Assembly (NCBI RefSeq): GCF_001194135.2
Contig: NC_068982.1
Location: 127,460,275-127,504,945 of the forward strand
Direction of reading: 5' to 3'
Length of the DNA: 44,671 nt
DNA from: Octopus bimaculoides
Lineage: Eukaryota
Part shown: one piece after another, positions 35,829 through 44,671 of the stretch
How the letters are laid out: the number at the start of each line of letters is the position of its first letter
Position numbering within the stretch: the stretch's first letter is position 1
Translations under genes and position numbers: made by a program
The notes under the pieces: generated by a model
What the model saw: only the letters and a program-made list of their open reading frames with translations
Told to the model about the DNA's origin: nothing
The model's database searches: none

Positions 35829-36655
35829 NNNNNNNNNNNNNNNNNNNNNNNNNNNNNNNNNNNNNNNNNNNNNNNNNNNNNNNNNNNNNNNNNNNNNNNN
35901 NNNNNNNNNNNNNNNNNNNNNNNNNNNNNNNNNNNNNNNNNNNNNNNNNNNNNNNNNNNNNNNNNNNNNNNNNNNNNNNNNNNNNNNNNNNNNNNNNNNN
36001 NNNNNNNNNNNNNNNNNNNNNNNNNNNNNNNNNNNNNNNNNNNNNNNNNNNNNNNNNNNNNNNNNNNNNNNNNNNNNNNNNNNNNNNNNNNNNNNNNNNN
36101 NNNNNNNNNNNNNNNNNNNNNNNNNNNNNNNNNNNNNNNNNNNNNNNNNNNNNNNNNNNNNNNNNNNNNNNNNNNNNNNNNNNNNNNNNNNNNNNNNNNN
36201 NNNNNNNNNNNNNNNNNNNNNNNNNNNNNNNNNNNNNNNNNNNNNNNNNNNNNNNNNNNNNNNNNNNNNNNNNNNNNNNNNNNNNNNNNNNNNNNNNNNN
36301 NNNNNNNNNNNNNNNNNNNNNNNNNNNNNNNNNNNNNNNNNNNNNNNNNNNNNNNNNNNNNNNNNNNNNNNNNNNNNNNNNNNNNNNNNNNNNNNNNNNN
36401 NNNNNNNNNNNNNNNNNNNNNNNNNNNNNNNNNNNNNNNNNNNNNNNNNNNNNNNNNNNNNNNNNNNNNNNNNNNNNNNNNNNNNNNNNNNNNNNNNNNN
36501 NNNNNNNNNNNNNNNNNNNNNNNNNNNNNNNNNNNNNNNNNNNNNNNNNNNNNNNNNNNNNNNNNNNNNNNNNNNNNNNNNNNNNNNNNNNNNNNNNNNN
36601 NNNNNNNNNNNNNNNNNNNNNNNNNNNNNNNNNNNNNNNNNNNNNNNNNNNNNNN
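35829..36655. other. Assembly gap flanked by TA/CATA repeats
   Basis: Run of N. Confidence 0.99.
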
Positions 36656-36939
36656 TGCACATATATATACATATATATATACATATATACATACATATAT
36701 ACATATACATATATATATATATGTTATATTCACACTTACACACGTCTTATTTACAATGGATGCAAACTCCAGGTGTGGCTATAATTGCAACAGAGTACAT
36801 AACCCTGTTTTCTCCCCACCACCCTCTACAGTTAAGTATGCAATGGCTTTCTTAAACCAGTGCAGTTTGTTATTTTTATTTCTATATTTTCTTTAATCAC
36901 ATTGGTAGTGATAGCTGAGTCAAAGTATTTTTTATAAGA

Positions 36940-37330
36940 TTTCATCAAAAATATTGATTGGAATAGTTGGTTGAAATAACTAACCTGCAACCCCAAATAT
37001 CGATTAGAATCACTGCTTTACAATCTCTGATCTCAAGTGATTGGTGCTCCTGAGAGATGAATCGTAATATCTGAATATTTTGGAAGTCACTTCAAACTTG
37101 ACAATGCTTACCAGTCCTCTTGTGGCTTCAGACCAGACTTCTAATAATTTCAAAGAGTTGGCTTCTCTATCACTAATTAGAGATTACGAATAGAACTGCA
37201 TCTCTTTGGATCTGTTCCAGAATTTTTATAACTCATCAGTGTCTTTCTTACTTCAATTCAAAACTGCAAATGGTTAAACAGACATTTTGTGGCATCGTAA
37301 TTTAGTGGACTTAAAAAAGTCAGCAAAATT
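36940..37330 (-). mobile_element. Possible ancient L2/CR1-type LINE 3' remnant
   Basis: IKILEQIQRDA and SYFNQL weakly resemble the LERVQRRA and YFNRxxxLWN motifs. Confidence 0.3.
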
Positions 37331-37547
37331 TCTCTGTAAGAAGCTTCTTTATTCGTTCGTTTTGGAATCCATCCTCTTCATGTGGATCTTTAAGCTTAGG
37401 ATAAAATGGAAAGTAGCTTTTATGCATTTCATGTTTTAGATGTTGTTCTGATAATTTTTGTTGTTTGTTATGTGAAAGCTTTCCATTAAAAAACTCTTAC
37501 AAGTTAAACTCTAATGGCCATGCTTCGCTCCTGGATACCAAAAGCAA

Positions 37548-37637
37548 ATACATACATACATACATGCATACATACATACATACATACATACATACATACA
37601 TACATACATACATACATAAATACATACATACATACAT
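37548..37637. repeat. (CATA)n microsatellite
   Basis: Directly visible. Confidence 0.97.
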
Positions 37638-37639
37638 AG

Positions 37640-38075
37640 CAAAAAAGAAAATACCTACACTGAACAATTGAGGAATCTACGACTACTCTGTCCTGATTAC
37701 AAGTTCAGGTTTATAGCTGTTACCATTGGGGCACTGGGATATGTAATACATTGCCTAAATACCAATCTTGAGTAATTAGGCTTCTCAAAGCCAGAAAGGA
37801 GAAAGCTGATTTGAAGACTACAGATCTAATCCATCATTGAAACTGTACAAATCTGTAAAACTTTCCAGAAGTTTATCTTTTATCATTTAAGTATATATGC
37901 GTATGTCTAGATATGCTACAATATGCATGAGAATACATATATAAAACAAAACATACAAATCTTCCCATATATATATATACATACAAAAATACCCTGTTGA
38001 TGATGTTGTTGAAATTCCAAAGGAGCCTTGGATCTAGGTTAGAAGTTGGCTCTTTCTCTATTGGCAAGAAATTTG
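37640..38075 (+). mobile_element. R4-clade-like LINE C-terminus and 3' UTR, distinct from the 24.7-27.1 kb subfamily
   Basis: NTYTEQLRNLRLLCPDYKFRFIAVTIGALG...GFSKPERRKLI...ICKTFQKF; the IGALG motif is typical of the RLE C-terminus. Confidence 0.7.
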
Positions 38076-38441
38076 GATTTTCATTGATGAGTTCATGAAC
38101 TTTGATTCTTTTCTCTAAAACTATATACATTATAAGTTAGCGGATGTAAACAGAGAGGATTTCGTATTTATACGATAATGGTATAGATTTAAATTTTAAA
38201 TTTGATTTTGTTTGATCAATTCATTATGTTTTTTTTGGTTTTTTTGTTCTAATGAAAATTATTCCTCATGATGTGTACGACAACTAATATATTTAACTTA
38301 TTTTAATGGTTAAATATAGTAATACACAGAAATGTTTACATTGAATGAATACATGGATATATAAACTTTGGTGTTAAATCTCTTTTTTAAATGTATAAAT
38401 TTGAAACTTTGTATATATATATATATAATGCATATATATAT

Positions 38442-38589
38442 NNNNNNNNNNNNNNNNNNNNNNNNNNNNNNNNNNNNNNNNNNNNNNNNNNNNNNNNNNN
38501 NNNNNNNNNNNNNNNNNNNNNNNNNNNNNNNNNNNNNNNNNNNNNNNNNNNNNNNNNNNNNNNNNNNNNNNNNNNNNNNNNNNNNNNNN
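38442..38589. other. Assembly gap
   Basis: Run of N between TA repeats. Confidence 0.99.
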
Positions 38590-39476
38590 ATATAAATGGT
38601 GCACTTTATGCAGCCTTAAGGTTTCACATTTTTTACTTCTTGCAATATAGGTGCTATTCAGCACCTTCAGTCACAATTACTGATGATTAAACTTTTCCTT
38701 TCTCATCTTGTATTGTGCCTAGCTGCTTATACTAATTTATAGCCTGTTTGCTTTGGTTAAGTCAAAATGTTTTTTTATATTCTTCCTTCCCACTTGCATT
38801 GTTTAAATGTAGTTACAACAGTAATATGTCCTTCTACTGAAATGAAATTTCCGTAAAGTTTCTGTATCTTTGTGCAGCTGAAGATTGCTCTGCATTTTAC
38901 ATTTAATGTAATGCTCACATTGCTTAAATAAATGGAGTCGTGTGAAACGATTGTACTGCAGTAACTTTGAATATCCTTGTTGCTTACTTTGATTTCTAAT
39001 CACCTTATTTTGGAATTGTATGGATAATACCATACTTAATTCTGGTGCCTAAACTTAAGTACCATATTCACCTTGAATCTAAATTTTTTTATACTAATTT
39101 ATATATATATATATATGAAGATGATATATAGTTACAGAGACAAGTACCTATATCTCTCTTATATAACTGTGACCCAGACTCATCGTTTTCAACAGGTGGC
39201 CTGCACTGTCACATTTATGAATTATTGGTATTGCCATTTTGGCTTAGATCAAAATGTAATACTTTCCTATTGAATACAAAGAGGGAAGTCAGTGCGAAAT
39301 GATCTCTGTGGTTTCACCTGTCATTCCAAACAGTTGCACCATTACCTATAATTAATAAAACTGTCATCAATCCTGAGGGCACAGGTACACTAGTAGACAC
39401 ATCATATATATATACATATACACACATATACGCAAATACTCTCACACATATAGATACATACATACATACAAACATA

Positions 39477-39535
<59 letters not shown>

Positions 39536-39640
39536 GTATGTATATAAATTTGTGTGTGTATTTGGAAACAAATGAATAAGAATGACATTTCTGATAATTT
39601 GTTTCCCCTTTAGTGATTAGATGTATACAATTCTGCCAAT

Positions 39641-39720
39641 CTGAGCTGGCAGAATTGTTAACAAATTGAACAAATGACTTACCAGCATTTCTTCGTGCTT
39701 TATGTTCTGAGTTCAAATGA
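39641..39720 (+). mobile_element. SINE family A head fragment
   Basis: GAGCTGGCAGAATTGTTAAC...TTCTGAGTTCAAAT. Confidence 0.7.
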
Positions 39721-39840
39721 TATGATTTGTAAACATCTAACCATTAAAGTAGAAAATATTATCAGAAAAGTCATTCTTATTCATCTTTTTTTTTTTAATG
39801 TATAGTACTGCACCAAAATCTTCTACTATATGCATATATA

Positions 39841-40190
39841 TGGTGCAGGTATAGGTGTGTGGTAAAAGCTTACTTCCCTAGCCACATCATTCCAGGTTCA
39901 ACCCCGCTGTGTGTCACCTTGGGCAAGTGGATTCAGCTATAGCCTCAGGCCAACCAAAGTCTTGTGAGTGGATTTGGTAAAGAAGCCCATCATGTATGTA
40001 TATAGATATATGTGTGTGTGTATGTGTGTGTATGTGTGTGTATGTTTATGTGTGTGGATCTTTGTGTCTGTGTTTGTCTCCTTCCACCACCATTGCTTGA
40101 TAACAGATGTTGGTGTGTTTATGTCCCTGTAACTTAGCAGTTCAGCAAAAGGAGTTGATAGAATAAGTACTAAGCTTGCAAAGAATAAGC
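39841..40190 (+). mobile_element. SINE family B lacking its normal 3' tail
   Basis: Collinear with the 19657-20067 copy as far as AAAGAATAAG, then switches to RTE-type tail sequence. Confidence 0.85.
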
Positions 40191-40194
40191 ACCC

Positions 40195-40410
40195 ATAATG
40201 GTGCCACATAAATGCACCTGTGCCAGTGTCACATATGAAGCACCCAGCACACTCTGTGAAGCGGTTGGCATTAAGAAGGGCATCCAACCATAGCAGCCAT
40301 GCCAAAATTATCATCATCATCATCGTTTAACGTCTGCTTTCCATGCTAGCATGGGTTGGACGATTTGACTGAGGACTGGCGAACCAGATGGCTACACCAG
40401 GCTCCAATCT
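40195..40410. mobile_element. RTE-type tail pieces in opposite orientations (plus 40195-40307, minus 40308-40410)
   Basis: GGTTGGCATTAAGAAGGGCATCC on the plus strand, then (ATC)n-GTTTAACGTCTGC...CTCCAATCTG, which is the tail end reversed. Confidence 0.8.
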
Positions 40411-40861
40411 GATGATGATAATGATGTAATGGTGGAAGAATATTCTCATCAATGATATTATCATGATTCATTTTGTCTAGAAAGGGAGGAGAAATCTAAG
40501 TAAAAATCCAATTAAAAGAATCAATTCTACCAATAGATATTACCACTTTTCTTTCATTCATGGATTTAACTAATGAATGCCTGTTTTAAATAGGAGGTCT
40601 GTTGGAACTGAAGGAAAGGAACTGGATCTTGACATAAACAGTTCATGTTTTCTTTGCATTCCTGCAATCCTGTTTTGTTCAGAGGAGGTGGGCATCGCTG
40701 CTGGTGCTGCTTTGCTAAGCAGGGTGGGCCTATGCTTGCATTTCTCAATTCACTAAAATTCTCTTACTAAAAATTGAGAATTCTTCTGTCAAAAGAAGAA
40801 TATGTTCAAAACAACGCATTTCCTTTTTGCAGATTTTTGTATCATCACAGAGAATGAAAAA

Positions 40862-41015
40862 TGGTTTCAAATTTTGAAACAAGGCCAGCAATGTTTTTTT
40901 AGGGGAGTGGGATAGTTGATTACATCAACCCCAGTTCTTCTCTTATTTTCTCAACCCTGAAAGGATGAAAGACAAAATCAACCTCAGCTGGATTTTGAAC
41001 TCAGAATTTAAAGAG
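40862..41015 (-). mobile_element. SINE family A, 3' part
   Basis: TGGTTTCAAATTTTG...AAGGCCAGCAA...GAAAGGATGAAAG...TTGAACTCAGAA. Confidence 0.8.
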
Positions 41016-41579
41016 TCTGAAGACTAGTAGTAGAAACAAAAAATTACTTACAAAGCTCTTGTTGCGTTTAATATTTGTAATTCAACCAAATTATCAAAAC
41101 GATTAACACATCGATTATGTGTCAGTGAACTATAAATTGATAGCCAGCGTGGCATCAAATTGTTTTTAGTTTTTTATTTGTTTTTTCTTTTTCTTTTTTT
41201 GTCATGTTTTATTTCTTTACACCATTCCACCTTAAAACTGTTTGGTAACTTTGTCATGAAATTTATCATAATCTAAATTTCAAAGTCACAGATGAAATTT
41301 GTTGAAAAAAGGAAAAAGACTGCAATTCCTACCATAATCACAATGACAAATTACCTTAATCACTTCAATGGTAAATATTGACAGCTTAAATTCTAGTGAA
41401 TTTTTTTATTTTAAAATATTTTGAATTTAGTAATGAATTTGAACAGATAAGAAAATTTATCAATCAATTCAGATATTTATTACATATAAATTGATTTGGT
41501 GAAAATGGGCACTAGAAGTTTTGAAAAGTGTTGTAGTACATTGTAATACTGTCTGTTTATATGTAATACTACTTGCAAT

Positions 41580-42076
41580 ACATGGCTGTGTGGTAAGAAG
41601 TTTGCTTCCCAGTCGCATAGTTCTGGGTTCAGTCTCAATGTGCGGAACCTTGGGCAAGTGTCTTCTACCTTAGTCTTGTGCTGACCAAAGCCTTGTGAGT
41701 GGATTTGGTCAATGGAAAATGAAAGGAGCCCATTGTGTGTGTGTGTGTGTGTGTNNNNNNNNNNNNNNNNNNNNNNNNNNNNNNNNNNNNNNNNNNNNNN
41801 NNNNNNNNNNNNNNNNNNNNNNNNNNNNNNNNNNNNNNNNNNNNNNNNNNNNNNNNNNNNGTGTGTTTGTGTGTCTGTGTTCGTTTCTGTGTTTGTACTC
41901 CACCACCATTTGCAAACTTGGTGTGTTTATATCCCCATAACTTAGCAGTTCAGAAAAAAAAAAAGAGATTAATAGAATAACTGCCAGACTTAAAAATAAA
42001 AATTAAGTAGTGGAGCTGATTCGTTTGTCTAAAATTCTTCAAGGCCCTAATGACTGAAACAAGTGAAAGATAAACG
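41580..42076 (+). mobile_element. SINE family B spanning an assembly gap (41755-41860) in its TG tract
   Basis: Head CATGGCTGTGTGGTAAG and tail TGACTGAAACAAGTGAAAGA. Confidence 0.85.
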
Positions 42077-42659
42077 ATTTATTACTGTTTATTTCTATGA
42101 TTATAAGTCCTGGGTAGGATATTAATCTGCATCCAGCAATGAGGCTCCAGTTAAGGATTTCAGAAGTTTGAGGAAATATAGACTTCCCCCTTGGTCACTA
42201 CTACTTTTGGGTAGTAGCATCTCTCAAGGACACTCCTTTCAGTAAAACACCAGGAGATAGATTCGTGGCATATAAGCCTTAGAAAAAAACTGGTCTCTAA
42301 ACAGGTGTCATATTGGCCCATAGATGTATGGACATACTCTGATGTCATATGAACCAACCCTTCTTGTTTCATGCTCAAATAAGCCTTATGTCTCAAGTGA
42401 AAGCTTAGGGAAATGAGAGACCAGCAGAGTAAACTGTAAATAAACAAGCAGACCACATGGGGAAACCACTGTTGAATTGTTCCAAGAAAACTCATGGGGC
42501 TTCAGATTTTACTGGAATGAATAGATTTCTTTGATTACCAACATCAGTAGCAATTAATGCCTAGAAATAATATAACAAGGTTTATGATAAACTTTATATC
42601 AGTTGCAGTGGAATTGCATCAGTAACCACATTGCAGTTTTGCAATGGAAATTTTGACAC

Positions 42660-43450
42660 CTCATCATCATGTTATTTAACGTCTATTTTATATGCTGGTA
42701 TAAGTTGGACAGTTTGACAGGATTGGGCAAGCCACAGGTTGCATCAAGTTGCAGTGTCGACTTTGGCTTGGTTCCTATGGAAGATAGTTGGATGCCTTTC
42801 CTAATACCAGTGCTTTGCAGTGTGTACTAGCTGCTTTTCTCATACCACCAGCACTAGTTCAGTTGCACTAGTAACTTGCAAGACAGGAAAAGTAAAAAGG
42901 AAAGCCTCCCTCGATTAAGTGTTGGAGGTGGGGAGCGAGGTGTTAAAAGACTAAAGTATGATAGAGAGACAAGCACAAGAATCTTGCTACAGAAAAGACA
43001 CATGGTTGTCCTGCATTTTATAAGGGTGGCTGGGAGAAAGTGGAAGATAAAATGGTAGTGAAAGGGTGCCAGAGCAGACTTTCAAAGTCCAAGATGAGTA
43101 TAAGAAAGGATACTGACAGTGGATAATAAGGGGAAAATAGGTAGTTTCTTAAAAGTGTGAGGGGAGAGCGACTGATGGTCAGAGATGGAGGTTAAAGGTG
43201 AATGTAGCAAGTGATGAATAAAGTTGGAAGTGTGGTTAATGATAAATACCAGAGACAATAAAACGGGAGAGAGAGAAGTGGCTTGGGAAGGAAGATAGAC
43301 CAGAAAGTAAGAAGATGATGTACAAGGTGTAGGAATGGTGGGAAGAGAGATATAAAGGTACAGAAGAGTAGCTATTGTGAGTGGGACATGAGGGCGCCTA
43401 TAAGAGAGCATTGAAAATGATAGTAGATTTGAAATATGAATGTATTTAAA
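42660..43450 (-). mobile_element. Older RTE-type 3' UTR, same layout as 2340-2860
   Basis: (CAT)n tail, GGATGCCTTTCCTAA motif, then a long purine-rich plus-strand segment like 2560-2830. Confidence 0.6.
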
Positions 43451-44555
43451 GTTTAACATCTTTGTGTGGTATTAAATGGTTAGAACAAATCTCCCACAAT
43501 CTAGTTGCTTCAGTGTCAACATATGGCCTTAGATCAAGTTAGTTGCCAGACAAGCACAACTCTTAAATTTTAATTATTCCAACTCATAATCCTTTTGAAC
43601 ATCTCTAATTCTTTCAATTAATCAATTTTTCATTATTGAATTGTCTAACGAATATATTTGACAATTCCTTTCAGCATGGTAAGTTGCAAATCTTTTCACA
43701 GCTAGTGCAAAATATTGATGTCTTCAAAAAACACTTAATTAATTGCTAATTTTGTAAACATGAAAGTAAATGTTCAATGATTGAAATCTTTTATAAAACT
43801 CTCTTATTTCAATTAATTAATTAACTATTTAAACAGATTTATTTGTTTTTGTTTTCTATACAATGATAAGTATTTATTGCTCTGTATTTTTCTTTTTAGA
43901 AAACATTTAGCTTGAAGGAAAAATAGTTACAACTTGTGAACAAACTGGTGTGATGGATGGCGGTGGGGAGTAAGTTGAACTTTACAACTGCCAAAGGTGA
44001 CAGTAGTTAGAAAGGTTAGAAATCGATTTGAAGGAAAATTTATACACAACCTCAAAGTGATAACCAATATTAAGATTTAAGTCAATATAAAATGGATGGT
44101 ATTTTGTTTTTTTTACCAGTTTCAGTGATAAGTGCATGACCATGCTGAAGCATAACAACAAATCACAGCTGCTAGATAATTTTTTTCATCTGTTACTGGT
44201 ACATGTGTGTGTGTGTTTAGCACTATACATGTATTAGAGATATTATCTCAGGATGAGTACAGGATGGATTTCAACAATGCATCTACTTTAAGTATGCTAC
44301 AAAGGTTGCTGCTTTAAACTAATACTGCTTCTGCTGTACATAATGAAATTTTATTCAACTATATTGACCTCAGCATTTGTAGTCTTGGGTTCATTTTATT
44401 TATCTTCATCAATCAAACTATGAAGTTAGAATGCTTCAAGGAAGGTATATAAGAAATTATTTCCACAAATATTTGCACTGATATACACAAACACATATAC
44501 ATGCATATACATACATGCATTCCTATACACACACACATCCACAAACACACACACA

Positions 44556-44647
<92 letters not shown>

Positions 44648-44671
44648 AATCTATCTATCTATCTATCTATC
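44556..44671. repeat. (TCTA)n microsatellite
   Basis: Directly visible to the window end. Confidence 0.98.

Noticed and set aside
39315-39342. 28-nt minus-strand exon candidate
   Set aside because: Splice-like sites only; the peptide is unrecognised and no neighbouring exon is in register.
1-44671. Conserved bilaterian microRNA mature sequences
   Set aside because: None of those I remember were seen by eye. A proper search against a miRNA database is needed to exclude them.

Overview
This is eukaryotic, AT-rich, very microsatellite-dense DNA from a gapped short-read assembly (six N-runs, most bordered by (TA)n or (TG)n). The repeat families match those I recall from Octopus genomes; that assignment is from memory, not a database search. 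I recognise no host protein-coding exon, rRNA or true tRNA gene, so the window looks intronic or intergenic. Almost every ORF in the supplied track is a microsatellite or N-gap artefact, or a piece of a dead transposon. Supportable content: two decayed mariner transposons (one with a readable DD34D domain), RTE-type LINE 3' ends and many copies of their tail, two subfamilies of R4/Dong-like restriction-like-endonuclease LINEs (three 3' ends clustered at (TAA)n), at least four tRNA-derived SINE families, a 158-bp hairpin MITE and a CpG-rich LTR-like segment beside (TA)n. The two most notable items are missed by the ORF track. One is a Penelope-like relic whose GIY-YIG endonuclease is followed by further coding-like sequence, suggesting the permuted Naiad-type order (about 34240-35625, minus). 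The other is a minimal type I hammerhead ribozyme relic (12592-12626, minus) inside a short, possibly permuted repeat unit. I found no convincing wholly new system; both items belong to known but under-annotated element classes.
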